Part shown: positions 17,193-26,370 of the stretch, one piece after another
Layout of the letters: each line of letters opens with the position of its first letter
Numbering within the stretch: the stretch's first letter is position 1
From: Candidatus Micrarchaeota archaeon
GTDB taxonomy: Archaea > Micrarchaeota > Micrarchaeia > Norongarragalinales > UBA8480
Length of the DNA stretch: 30,822 nt
Reading direction: 5' to 3'
Assembly (NCBI GenBank): GCA_043805855.1
Contig: JAZDHP010000064.1
Coordinates: 1-30,822, forward strand
Translations under genes and position numbers: made by a program
Notes under the pieces: model-generated
What the model saw: the letters and a program-made list of their open reading frames with translations, nothing else
Databases searched by the model: none
What the model was told of the DNA's origin: nothing

Positions 17193-18194
17193 TCAGCGGA
17201 TTACGTCCATCGCAGAATAGTTGCCGTAGTTATCAGTAACTTGCATTTGTGTAGAGAAATCAGTCCAAAACGCTGAGTTATTATAAGTAAATCGGATGTC
17301 AGTAGTCATGTTTACGTCACAATCTCGATCGTCAACATCTTTACCTTCAATTCGAATACGGCCATGGTTACCGAACTTCAAAGTAACACGGCATTGAGAT
17401 TTAAACGTGAGTTTAGCCTCGTCATTTTCATACCAGTTAATTGTTCCTTCGTCGCAGTTAACCTCTTTAGTATTTCCCCCGTTTGAACCGTAAACCCCTT
17501 GGCACGAATAAACTGCCCCACTAGCGTCACGAATAGTTAAATAATATGGAATGCACCCGACGCCGCTTGAACAGCCGAACACTTTATCAAAATGATCCCA
17601 CTGTATCTCATCTTTAGTGCAGTCATTCCAAACGCTCGGATCACAGGAAAAGTTAACCGCAGTTAAGTTAATTGAAATGTTCAATCCAGTCACCGGCGTA
17701 AAGTCACAAGCTGGAAAGCCACTGCGGGCAGTGTTGTAGCAAACAATATCGAGCAATTTTTTATTCCAATCTGGATACGTATAAGTCATATTCGCGGGTA
17801 AAATATGAAACTGAACCGCATTGTCAGTGCAGCTTTTCTTTCCAAAGCAAGCAAAGTCAGAAATTAACTCGCCTTCGCCAGAGTAGAAATACACATTTAA
17901 ATCACTTGTATTGTAAAACTGCTTGACAAAAGAAACATAGCGGCCAAGGTAGTCAGGCACGTCACGCGGAGCGGGTAACTCATCTTGCAATATTAAAACC
18001 GTGTCGTTTTTCGTAATGTTAACTCCACTTACTCCAAGAATATCTTCAGAAACATCTTCCCAAGCGTAAGAAACTTTTTCAGAAAGCAAAAGCGGCACAG
18101 GGTCAACTTCAGTTTGTTGGCTAAGCGCAATTGCAGTGAAAATAACAAACGCTAGGGAAAGCGCGGATAAAGTGAAGAAAAACCCTTTTTTCAT
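17193..18194 (-). CDS. Large minor pilin / possible tip adhesin (class III signal peptide)
   Basis: MKKG|FFFTLSAL then a hydrophobic helix; Cys-containing beta-rich body. Confidence 0.75.
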   Translation of the reverse strand: MKKGFFFTLSALSLAFVIFTAIALSQQTEVDPVPLLLSEKVSYAWEDVSEDILGVSGVNITKNDTVLILQDELPAPRDVPDYLGRYVSFVKQFYNTSDLNVYFYSGEGELISDFACFGKKSCTDNAVQFHILPANMTYTYPDWNKKLLDIVCYNTARSGFPACDFTPVTGLNISINLTAVNFSCDPSVWNDCTKDEIQWDHFDKVFGCSSGVGCIPYYLTIRDASGAVYSCQGVYGSNGGNTKEVNCDEGTINWYENDEAKLTFKSQCRVTLKFGNHGRIRIEGKDVDDRDCDVNMTTDIRFTYNNSAFWTDFSTQMQVTDNYGNYSAMDVIR

Positions 18195-18616
18195 TTGAAA
18201 CCAACCTTCAATTCAGTTACAATATAGTAGTCGTCGCCCTTGCGGGGAATTACGCCAACTCGCTTTGTAAACGAAAACGGCGTAGAAACAGTGCCAACCG
18301 AAGTATTCACCGTGCGGTACAGTTGAAAACCGCTATTGTACTTGTAAGTGCGCTGCGAAAATTCAGCAGCTACGTTTGACGGAAGCACTTCAGTAAGATA
18401 CGTTTGCACTTCGCTTTGCGTTTTTTGGCCGTTTGCAATTTCGTTGAGAAAATCGCTTTTTTCCATTGTGTTCAACGTGTTTTCAGCAATTAACTTATGT
18501 GAAACGTCCAAAGAGGGGCTGTTATAAGTTAGTAAATCTGCTTGTGCGCTGAAAATCATAATTAGGAAAAACATGCAAAGCGCAACGTCAAGTGTAAAGA
18601 AAATTCCGCGTTTCAT
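18191..18616 (-). CDS. Minor pilin
   Basis: MKRG|IFFTLDV then a hydrophobic helix. Confidence 0.8.
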   Translation of the reverse strand: MKRGIFFTLDVALCMFFLIMIFSAQADLLTYNSPSLDVSHKLIAENTLNTMEKSDFLNEIANGQKTQSEVQTYLTEVLPSNVAAEFSQRTYKYNSGFQLYRTVNTSVGTVSTPFSFTKRVGVIPRKGDDYYIVTELKVGFK

Positions 18617-19122
18617 TAGCTATTTCCAGCCCCACCAATTTTGATAATTAAAAACACGCGGTTATTTTGATAAACTGCAAGTGACTTTGAAACAACAGCA
18701 GGAGTTGAAGAGAAATCAATACCTACAATTGCAGTGCCGTTGTAATTTGTGCTATTAACGTAAACCGTTGTGCCGTTTACGTAAGAAACGTTTATGTAAA
18801 ATGGAGAATTGGAAATGCCTAGTAAATCTCGCGTGCGAGTTAAATTAGTTGACACGTTTAGAAAATTTCCAAGTTTATCTTTTTCAATAACCCCCTTTTG
18901 TACAACTAACCCTAATTGAGAAACAGTTGACGGCGTCCATGTCGTTGGAGTGCCGGAAGAACTTAGCAACTGCGCTGAAATGCGATTCACCTGTAGGGAA
19001 AGTAAGTCAAAATCATCCTGTTGTGTTTGCACGTCTCCCAGTATAGCTGTTAGCGTGCTCCAAACGCCGGCAAATAGCAAAATTGCAATTAAAATGTCAA
19101 TTCCAAAAATTTGGCCTTTCAT
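18616..19122 (-). CDS. Minor pilin
   Basis: MKG|QIFGIDILIA; LLSSSGTPTTW..LGL motif typical of archaeal minor pilins. Confidence 0.82.
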   Translation of the reverse strand: MKGQIFGIDILIAILLFAGVWSTLTAILGDVQTQQDDFDLLSLQVNRISAQLLSSSGTPTTWTPSTVSQLGLVVQKGVIEKDKLGNFLNVSTNLTRTRDLLGISNSPFYINVSYVNGTTVYVNSTNYNGTAIVGIDFSSTPAVVSKSLAVYQNNRVFLIIKIGGAGNS

Positions 19123-19541
19123 GAAATGACAACCCCGGTTGAAGTTCTGCTAATTGAACGAGTGCCTTTTGCAATTGTGAAAAACGCAGAGCCAGTTGAG
19201 TTAGTCACGTTAAACACACTAGTTTGTCTGGCGATTGTTCGAACGCGGCCGTGCGTACCGTTCCAAGTTAAATAAATTGAAGAATTGGCAAAACCTAAAT
19301 TATAATTAAACCCACCGGCTAGGAAAGAAGGAAGTTCAAACTTTGAGTTAAAGTTACTGTAAATTGAAGTTGACTCTGTTAATGAAGTAACTTCAGTTAC
19401 TAGGTTATTCGCATTTATTGAAGCTGCGTTGTCCCCTAAATTGTCAGTCCAGGTAAAAATGTTAAATTGCATGAAAATAAAAATAATAAACACCAGCGCA
19501 AAAACTGCGATAAATTCAATTGCAACTTGACCTCTTCGCAT
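19119..19541 (-). CDS. Minor pilin
   Basis: MRRG|QVAIEF then a hydrophobic helix. Confidence 0.85.
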   Translation of the reverse strand: MRRGQVAIEFIAVFALVFIIFIFMQFNIFTWTDNLGDNAASINANNLVTEVTSLTESTSIYSNFNSKFELPSFLAGGFNYNLGFANSSIYLTWNGTHGRVRTIARQTSVFNVTNSTGSAFFTIAKGTRSISRTSTGVVIS

Positions 19542-19572
19542 TTTTTACACCCAATATACTTTCATCTAATCG

Positions 19573-19983
19573 CTATCTACTAATTGAAACGTTGCCATTG
19601 GCGTTGAGCCAAACGTAAAACAAATACTTGCCCTCTGAAAGTGGAAACTGGTAAAAAGTTAAATTCGTCAACGTGGTTTGGAAAACGTCACTAGGCATGC
19701 CGTTGCTTCCTGAAATTGTCATTGCAACTTCTCTGCCTCTAGCTGTCGCGTTTACAATCCTCGGTGGAAGATAAACTGAAATTGATTTATTGGAACCAGC
19801 GCCTTGCGCTGCAACTACGTTAACCGCGTCGGCAATTCTATCAACAGCTACACGCGCTTGGAAAGAAGCTGATTGAACTTGAAAATTAGCGTAAAATAAA
19901 TAGGAAACTACTAACAGCGCAGCTGAGAGAACAGCAAATAGCATCAAAAATTCAGTTCCAGCTTGGCCTCGTTTAACCATCAT
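19573..19983 (-). CDS. Minor pilin
   Basis: KRG|QAGTEFL; IADAVNVV.AQG.GS...V.LP pattern. Confidence 0.85.
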   Translation of the reverse strand: MMVKRGQAGTEFLMLFAVLSAALLVVSYLFYANFQVQSASFQARVAVDRIADAVNVVAAQGAGSNKSISVYLPPRIVNATARGREVAMTISGSNGMPSDVFQTTLTNLTFYQFPLSEGKYLFYVWLNANGNVSISR

Positions 19984-20042
19984 GCAAATAGTAATTCAAA
20001 GAGATAGATAAACTTACACGTTTGCCGCTCGCAGCGATGCAA

Positions 20043-20783
20043 TTATTCTAGAAAAATAACTATGGCCGAAACAACCAACACCCCAGCCAACACGCACAGA
20101 AAATTAACAAGTGATTTATCAAGACGCTCTTCCTTGTGAAGCGCAGGGATTACGTCGCCAACTGCAATGTAAATGAACATCCCGGCTGCAAATGCAAGTA
20201 GATACGCAATTGAATTTTCAATAAGTGGAGATGCAAAGTAAAACAACACAGCGCCCACAACCGCAGTTAACCCGCAAAGTAAGTTGAATAAAAGCGCTTT
20301 TTTGCGTTCAAACCCACTGTAAACTAACAAACTGTAATCTCCAATTTCTTGCGGTAACTCATGGGCAATAACTGCCAGTGTTGTTGCGATTCCCAAAGGG
20401 ACTGAAGTGATAAAAGCAGCTGCGATTGCAATGCCGTCGAATAAATTGTGCAGCCCATCGCCGATTAAGTTCAAGTAACCCATTGGCTTTGGCCGCGTTT
20501 CATGCTCTGCACTATGATGGTGATGCCAGAGGATCATCTTTTCCATTGCGAAGAAAACCAAAATAGCAACAAGCGCAAAAGGTAGAACTGCACTTGCGCT
20601 AGCTTGTTCAACTGCCTCTGGTAACAAATCAATAAAAGCAGCTGCAAGCATGGCGCCTGCAGAAAAGCTAACAAACGGAATTAACTTTGCATCAAACGAT
20701 TTACCTTTGCCAATGAAAAACACACCGACAAGCGAAATTAAACTAACGAGCACAGTTGCCGCAAGTATAAACCAAAAAACCAT
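20043..20783 (-). CDS. ZIP family divalent metal transporter
   Basis: FSAGAML..AF.DLLPEA, His-rich loop WHHHH, GDGLHN..DG, HELPQEIGD, AAGMFIYIA. ATG 20783 preferred. Confidence 0.95.
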   Translation of the reverse strand: MVFWFILAATVLVSLISLVGVFFIGKGKSFDAKLIPFVSFSAGAMLAAAFIDLLPEAVEQASASAVLPFALVAILVFFAMEKMILWHHHHSAEHETRPKPMGYLNLIGDGLHNLFDGIAIAAAFITSVPLGIATTLAVIAHELPQEIGDYSLLVYSGFERKKALLFNLLCGLTAVVGAVLFYFASPLIENSIAYLLAFAAGMFIYIAVGDVIPALHKEERLDKSLVNFLCVLAGVLVVSAIVIFLE

Positions 20784-20796
20784 AAGTAACAAATAC

Positions 20797-20862
20797 AGTT
20801 AATAATATATAAACATTAGGTTAATAACTCTCAATTCAGGCAAATATAAGGAGTTAATAATA
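20797..20862. promoter_or_regulatory. Candidate operator sites in the ZIP/NikR divergent promoter
   Basis: GTTAATAA at 20798, 20820 and 20853. Imperfect inverted repeat TTAATAACTC (20821-30) / GAGTTAATAA (20851-60). Confidence 0.5.
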
Positions 20863-20864
20863 AA

Positions 20865-21248
20865 ATGGCAAAAATAATCAGCATTTCGCTCGACGAACAA
20901 ATGCTTACTACAATTGATGAACTTACAAAAAACTACGAATTTAAAGGTAGAAGCGAAGCTGTAAGAGCAGCAGTTGGATTGCTGCAGGAAGAGAAAAAAA
21001 CACTTGGAAACATGCGCGGCGTAATTGAAGCGGTAATAACTATTATTCACCCAGAAAAAACAACCAAAACATTATTTGAAATTATGCACAGTGACCAGCG
21101 GTTCGTAAAGAGTCACATTCACTCGCACCTAAACCAAAATAATTGCTTTGACTTATTAGTATTAAAGGGAGAAGCGCGAGAAATTGAAAAAATAGTGAAA
21201 AAATTGAAAAGAGAAAAAAACGCTAAAATAAAAGTAACAATTTTATAG
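20865..21248 (+). CDS. NikR family ribbon-helix-helix metal-responsive regulator
   Basis: IISISL..ID..RSEAVRAA RHH domain; H-x10-H-x-H-x5-C ligand spacing (IMH..IHSHLNQNNC). Confidence 0.88.
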   Translation: MAKIISISLDEQMLTTIDELTKNYEFKGRSEAVRAAVGLLQEEKKTLGNMRGVIEAVITIIHPEKTTKTLFEIMHSDQRFVKSHIHSHLNQNNCFDLLVLKGEAREIEKIVKKLKREKNAKIKVTIL

Positions 21249-21256
21249 GAAAAGTT

Positions 21257-21838
21257 ATGAACAAAACAAAAATGTCTGGGTTCTTGCTAGTTGCAAGCAC
21301 AGTGCTGCTGATAATCTCAATGCTATACGTAGAGTCACTTTACCCCAGCTACAGCCGCGCGGATAATTACATCAGTGATTTAGGCGTTGGACCAACGGCA
21401 TCGATTTTCAACACAGCGGCAATAATTGCCGGTTTGGGAATAGTAATTGCAGCGGCTTTGCTTTTTCAAAACGAAAATCAAAATAAAAAAGAAAATAAAA
21501 ACAATAAACTAACCGCAGCGTTGCTCGGAATAGCTGGAATTGGAATTACAGGAATTGGTGTTTTTCCAGAAAACACCGGCGCAGTTCATGTTATTTTTAC
21601 AGCAATCACTTTTCTATTCGGCGCGCTTGCGGCAATTGCGTCATCAAGAAACGCAAAGTCACCAACTAGCAAAATATTTGTTTTACTTGGATTAATTTCA
21701 CTAGTTGCTTTGACATTAATCGCTGCTGGTGAAACTCTCGGGCTAGGAGTAGGAGGTATCGAGAGATTAGTTGCGTGCCCGTTACTATTGTGGACGCTCG
21801 TATATGGCGCGCAACTTTTGTTTAATAAAGAAACATAA
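21257..21838 (+). CDS. DUF998-like membrane protein
   Basis: YPSYS...NYISDLG, FN, GVFPE..H, GGIER; five TM helices. Confidence 0.8.
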   Translation: MNKTKMSGFLLVASTVLLIISMLYVESLYPSYSRADNYISDLGVGPTASIFNTAAIIAGLGIVIAAALLFQNENQNKKENKNNKLTAALLGIAGIGITGIGVFPENTGAVHVIFTAITFLFGALAAIASSRNAKSPTSKIFVLLGLISLVALTLIAAGETLGLGVGGIERLVACPLLLWTLVYGAQLLFNKET

Positions 21839-21845
21839 TCCCCAT

Positions 21846-24800
21846 TCACGCTTGCGAGGTTATCATTGACATTAGTTCTTGCAATGCAATTAAAACAGAA
21901 GGAACTGCAGATATGGGTTCAATTTTTATATCGCCGTTTATCACACCGCCGAAAATCCGAGAAAATATTTTAACAGCGCCAACTGCCTCGTCAACAACTC
22001 TCGGAGGTTGCTTATTCTGTTCCCAAAACGGAACATCTAAACGTTCGCCTTCCATGTCCTTTGCAACGCTAGAAGCGACGTCGTAAATAAAATCTATACT
22101 AACCGTTATAGTTGCAGAAACTGGACCGCTGTAATTCTGCGCATCTTTAATCATAATTAAATCTTTTTCATTTGCAACAAGTATAAACTTCGCAAGCGGA
22201 GTGTTGCCGTCAACAGCTTGGACAACTACTCTAGCGTCGCCGCCAAAAGCACCGGCTATTTTTCTTATTTTTGCCATTGCTTCTGGAGACTCGCGGAGCT
22301 TTGCAAGTTCTTCAGGTGGCGGTCCCTTTGGCCCTTCTGTTTTAATCTTTTCAGCAAAAAAGTGCTTGAAAACCTCTTTTTGTGGAAATATCCATAATTT
22401 CATGTATGGGGAAAAGATTTCCTGGTTTGCCCCCCAGAAGTCTGTTGTTTTTTTCTCTTCCCACAAAGTTACTTTGCCAAAATCAGTTTTAACCTCTGCC
22501 TTTACTGGAACATATTCAGAAGGCCAGTCTGTTCGTCCAAGGCAGCGGAGCGCACGTGCAGTATCGTCGGAATTTCTCTGGAATGAATCGTAAACGCCCC
22601 AAATTGTACGCACGTGTTCTTCAAATTTATCTGGGTCTTTTGAAACAACTTCGTTGAACAGCCAGTTGAAAAACTCGTCGTTGAGAGAAGATTGTAATTC
22701 AAGTCGCTTTTTAATCGCGTCTTGCAGTTCACCTTCGCACCTTTTTTGATCTTGTCTGCTCTGCGCTTGTTGTTTGAATTGTTCAAACTGTTCAAAACCT
22801 TCGCCCCACGCGCCTAGCCAAACTCCATTTTCAGTTTTTCCAGAGTTGTACTCTGCGCAGTTTCCTCCAAATTCAGCGCCTGCAACTTCTTCCATAAAGG
22901 GATCGCCACGAACACACGCGAAAGCTGCAACGCGTTGGCTATCTTCAGTGCAACGCGAAGGCGCACAGTCGCTGTCTTGCTTACACTCTTTGCATTGCTT
23001 TTGCGACTCGCAGCCGTTTTGCCAGTCGCCGTCACAGTCAAAGAAACCTTCTTGGCACTCGCACCATCCCTTCTCAGCGTTGCAATATTGCCCAGTAGAA
23101 CAAACCATACTGCAAGCGCCTGCTGCGCCATTAGCAGTAACTAACCCTGAAAAAGGCGAAGCCCTGCTAGTAGAAATTTTACTTTTATTCTCCTCAATAT
23201 TAACGGACTGCTGTGGAATAAACGGTTCATTTACCGGTATCGCGTTATTTACCGTTGTATTGCCTCGTTGCTCCTCTTGAGGTTGACGCGTCTCGTTATT
23301 TGGCTGACGCTCTTCACTTCTTTCTGGTTCTCTCATAGTACATTGTGGGTCTATAACGCAACTGCAAGTTTCGCCATTCATGTGCTGGCATTCTCCGCAC
23401 TGCATAGTTGTCTGACAAACGCAATTGTAAGTTTGATTGTCAATAACTTGTTGTTGATTACACTTTAAGTTTCCCTTTTCGTAGTTACACTTATTGCAAG
23501 TAGTACATTCGCTGCCACAATCTTGCCTTCCGCTTTCTGTACAGGCATTGCACGTCTTGCACTGCGCGCGGCAACCTCCGCCATAGTATTCATCTTCACA
23601 GTTCCAACATGACTCGCATTTATTTGAACATTTTTGGTTGTTGCAATCACCGCAAGGTTTGCAAATTGACTCGCATGCTTGGGGGTTGTTTTTATTATTA
23701 TCATTGCACTTACTGCACTGCTCGCAAACGCTGCTGCACTCTTGGCCAGAGCATTCCCAACATTTTCCTGGCCCACTGCAAATCGGCATACATTTTTTAC
23801 CGCATGAAACTTCTTCAAAACAATCCGGGTCATTGCAATCAACTAAAGTGTCTCCATCGTCGTCTACATTGTTCTTGCACTGTTCGTTGCCACCGCGAGC
23901 GTCAGTACAAATTGCCCTTACACAAGCTTGGAAATCTCCGCATTGAGTTTCCTTTCCCTCGCAGTGCGGCCTGGAAACACTTTGAGAAACGTTAAAAAGT
24001 CTATTTTTGAATTCAAGTTGGCGCAAGTTTTCTTTTTGGAACTCCGCTTGTTCGCTAAAAAGTTTTTCAAAGTCGCTTATCACTTTATCCTGTTCAACAT
24101 CAAGTTCGCGCCTGTTGGCTTTTTCAGACAATTCCCTAACTAGTTGCTGGTACTGTTGTGACAACTCTTCTAAATGCGCTAAATTAGATGAAGTTGGGCT
24201 AAAATCAAGATTCGAAGCAGTTCTCTTTAACTCAGTTATAGTTTCGCGAATTTTGCTCATATACTCTTCTTCGCTGTTGAAATTAAAGTTAAATTGAGTT
24301 TGAGTTTGCGGCGTTGTTAATTCCATTCGCCGCTCGATTTCAATCCACGAATTAAAACCATGCCAATTTGTGTCTTGAAATTCATCTCCGCGTAGCCGCA
24401 CAACTACTTTGTCGCCATTATAGGCAATTGCCTGCCAACGTAGTTTAGTTGACTCGCTTCCAGTTTGTCCAAACAAATCACTTAGCGTTTCTTTGCAATT
24501 GCCACCATTGTTTAAATAATCAGAAACCCCACGTTCAATTTGCACTGCACGGTTAGCTGCTTCGGTAATTTTTTGCTCGTTGTTCCGTCCGGCGGTAAAT
24601 AAACTGCGCATTTCGCTTACAACTTGTTCCATGTTCGCAACTTGTATTTCTTTTATGAATTCAACTTGAAAGTCAAAATTGTAAAAAGAGATAAATTCGC
24701 CTTCGCGTTTAATTACGTTTGGAAAAGCATTGAACTTAACTTTTATTTTGGAACCAGAGTAAACTACTTTTTCCCACCTGGGAACTGGCTTGTCAAGCTT

Positions 24801-25145
24801 TATCGACGTTCTCAAGTTAGGCGACCACGGCCACTGTTCTGTTCCAGTTGGCTCGCCAAAAATTGAACGCATAGTCTCTTCGTTCCAACCGCGGTGCTCT
24901 TCGTTTTCACTTATCTTCACAACTACCATTTTTTCATTTAACTTGTCAAACAAAGCCTCCCGTTCGTTGAACAAAAGTACGTTGAACTTCAGCAAGTTAA
25001 GCTGGCCATCCTCGTACTGCTTTGCATAAATAGAAACTGTTGAAAAAGCCCCTGCGCTGCTTTCACTAGCAACGCTAGTGCTGTTAATTAAAGGAAGTAA
25101 AAGAAAGAGAACTACAATCGCGAAGTATAAGCGCATTAATGCCAT
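21846..25145 (-). CDS. Large secreted Cys-rich protein (1099 aa)
   Basis: Signal peptide; CKNNVDDDGDTLVDCNDPDC Ca-binding-type motif; tandem CxxCxxC repeats; CDGDWQNGCES motif. Confidence 0.85.
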   Translation of the reverse strand: MALMRLYFAIVVLFLLLPLINSTSVASESSAGAFSTVSIYAKQYEDGQLNLLKFNVLLFNEREALFDKLNEKMVVVKISENEEHRGWNEETMRSIFGEPTGTEQWPWSPNLRTSIKLDKPVPRWEKVVYSGSKIKVKFNAFPNVIKREGEFISFYNFDFQVEFIKEIQVANMEQVVSEMRSLFTAGRNNEQKITEAANRAVQIERGVSDYLNNGGNCKETLSDLFGQTGSESTKLRWQAIAYNGDKVVVRLRGDEFQDTNWHGFNSWIEIERRMELTTPQTQTQFNFNFNSEEEYMSKIRETITELKRTASNLDFSPTSSNLAHLEELSQQYQQLVRELSEKANRRELDVEQDKVISDFEKLFSEQAEFQKENLRQLEFKNRLFNVSQSVSRPHCEGKETQCGDFQACVRAICTDARGGNEQCKNNVDDDGDTLVDCNDPDCFEEVSCGKKCMPICSGPGKCWECSGQECSSVCEQCSKCNDNNKNNPQACESICKPCGDCNNQKCSNKCESCWNCEDEYYGGGCRAQCKTCNACTESGRQDCGSECTTCNKCNYEKGNLKCNQQQVIDNQTYNCVCQTTMQCGECQHMNGETCSCVIDPQCTMREPERSEERQPNNETRQPQEEQRGNTTVNNAIPVNEPFIPQQSVNIEENKSKISTSRASPFSGLVTANGAAGACSMVCSTGQYCNAEKGWCECQEGFFDCDGDWQNGCESQKQCKECKQDSDCAPSRCTEDSQRVAAFACVRGDPFMEEVAGAEFGGNCAEYNSGKTENGVWLGAWGEGFEQFEQFKQQAQSRQDQKRCEGELQDAIKKRLELQSSLNDEFFNWLFNEVVSKDPDKFEEHVRTIWGVYDSFQRNSDDTARALRCLGRTDWPSEYVPVKAEVKTDFGKVTLWEEKKTTDFWGANQEIFSPYMKLWIFPQKEVFKHFFAEKIKTEGPKGPPPEELAKLRESPEAMAKIRKIAGAFGGDARVVVQAVDGNTPLAKFILVANEKDLIMIKDAQNYSGPVSATITVSIDFIYDVASSVAKDMEGERLDVPFWEQNKQPPRVVDEAVGAVKIFSRIFGGVINGDIKIEPISAVPSVLIALQELMSMITSQA

Positions 25146-25185
25146 AAAACAATAATAATATTTAAACCAATCTATTCAAATGCCC

Positions 25186-25521
25186 TTACAAAATGAACCC
25201 ACCAAGGTAAAACGAAACTACGTTTGCAACTATCGACGTTGCTCCGGCTTGCTTCCAGTTCATTAGAAACACGCGATAGATTAGCGCCTCGAGAGCAATT
25301 ACTATTATTTCACCAAACAACAGGTATTTGTCCGCTGGAAGAAAAGGAGGAAATATAAACCACAAATATGGAAGCGTTAGCGTCGAGGCAACTATTGCCA
25401 CAATTGCACTACCGCGCAAATCTTTTAGTTTAAAGGCAAACTTCGCGAGGAGCAAAACAACCGCGACTTCTATAGCTAGCGTTGCGAAAAGCGCAATTAG
25501 AAACTTTATTTCAAGTAACAT
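25186..25521 (-). CDS. Small four-TM membrane protein
   Basis: TLAIE, STLTLPYLWF, GE..V..LEA, AN..SF hydrophobic pattern. Confidence 0.75.
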   Translation of the reverse strand: MLLEIKFLIALFATLAIEVAVVLLLAKFAFKLKDLRGSAIVAIVASTLTLPYLWFIFPPFLPADKYLLFGEIIVIALEALIYRVFLMNWKQAGATSIVANVVSFYLGGFIL

Positions 25522-25529
25522 TTCAACAC

Positions 25530-25626
25530 GTTATAGCAGAACGCGAAAATCTTTCGGACTTTTGCGCTTTCTGCTAGATAGCAAAAGGCCGAAAAGTCCT
25601 AAAAGACTTTTCGGTTTTGCTATAAC
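25530..25626. repeat. Inverted doublet of approx. 45-bp imperfect palindromes (REPIN/MITE-like)
   Basis: Unit 1 (25534-25576) and unit 2 (25578-25623) each fold into a long hairpin and are inverted copies of one another. The ends GTTATAGC / GCTATAAC form a terminal inverted repeat. Confidence 0.8.
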
Positions 25627-25629
25627 AAA

Positions 25630-26243
25630 TCAGCACTTAGCTCCGCCGAATAAACTAGTGAAAAAACACATTATGCGTTCCAAAAACCCACGTTCAGCTT
25701 GAACTGGCGCAGGAGTTGGCTCAGGTTCAGGCGATGGAATTGGCGTATTGTTTACAATCGCAGCTCCGCCGTTGCTGTGTTGTGTCACTAACTTATTTTC
25801 AGTAAGGTCAAAACGCAACTCGCAAACACGCGTTGGTAACTCGCAATATTCGTCTTCCCCGCACCCGCTTTCGTTACAAGTAGAAAAATCTATAGGCGAA
25901 GAAGAATAGTTAGAAATTGTGAAGTTACCATCAGGCATTTGCCCTTCCAAGTCACAGTACTTAATTGCAACGTAATTCATATAGAAATCTTCCTTTATCC
26001 AAGCGCCATAATGAGGCGCAGTTGCGTGGAAGGAAAACACTTTTGAAATTTCAGAATCTACAACCGGTTCTGCAGGATGACGTGTATATCCATAACAGTT
26101 AACAGCGAAATCTACTGATTCATTGTACGGCTGGCCTGCTTTTCAAAAAACACATTAGTATAGGTTTCTATTGCAATGTCCGCAGCCGCAAGACCAGTAA
26201 AAGCAGCTATCAATAATATTGAAAACAAAAGTTGAGATTTCAT
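25630..26243 (-). pseudogene. Frameshifted secreted-protein gene (pseudogene or sequence error)
   Basis: ATG 26243 gives a signal peptide MKSQLLFSILLIAAFTGLAAA|DIAIETYTNVFFEK, then stops. Adding one A to the A4 run (26140-26143) continues as AGQPYNESVDFAVNCYGY.. into ORF 25630-26040. Confidence 0.75.
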
Positions 26244-26370
26244 AAATAAGCTAATAAAATGAACAATAAAAAACCAGGAGTTATACCGCCTAAAGTCGTT
26301 TGCAGAACCTTTCTATCATTAACCAACCGCAGAAGTAAACATTTTTAACCACTAATTTTGTTGAGTTTAT

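Noticed and set aside
12387..19983. Archaellum operon
   Set aside because: No ArlH/ArlF/ArlG-like genes or archaellin N-terminal motif. Two separate platform genes and GQ-type pilins fit a pilus.
22201..25029. Many antisense and alternate-frame ORFs in the track (also at 2289, 3119, 5465, 6644, 8417, 12200, 15468, 25328 etc.)
   Set aside because: They overlap well-supported genes or structured repeats and have no recognisable motifs; treated as shadow ORFs.
25530..25626. CRISPR mini-array
   Set aside because: Units are inverted and adjacent with no spacer, and there are no cas genes.
26138..26153. Programmed -1 ribosomal frameshift
   Set aside because: Slippage on G TTT TTT leads straight to TGA, and GAA AAG is not a canonical heptamer. 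No clear stimulatory structure. A simple indel is more parsimonious.
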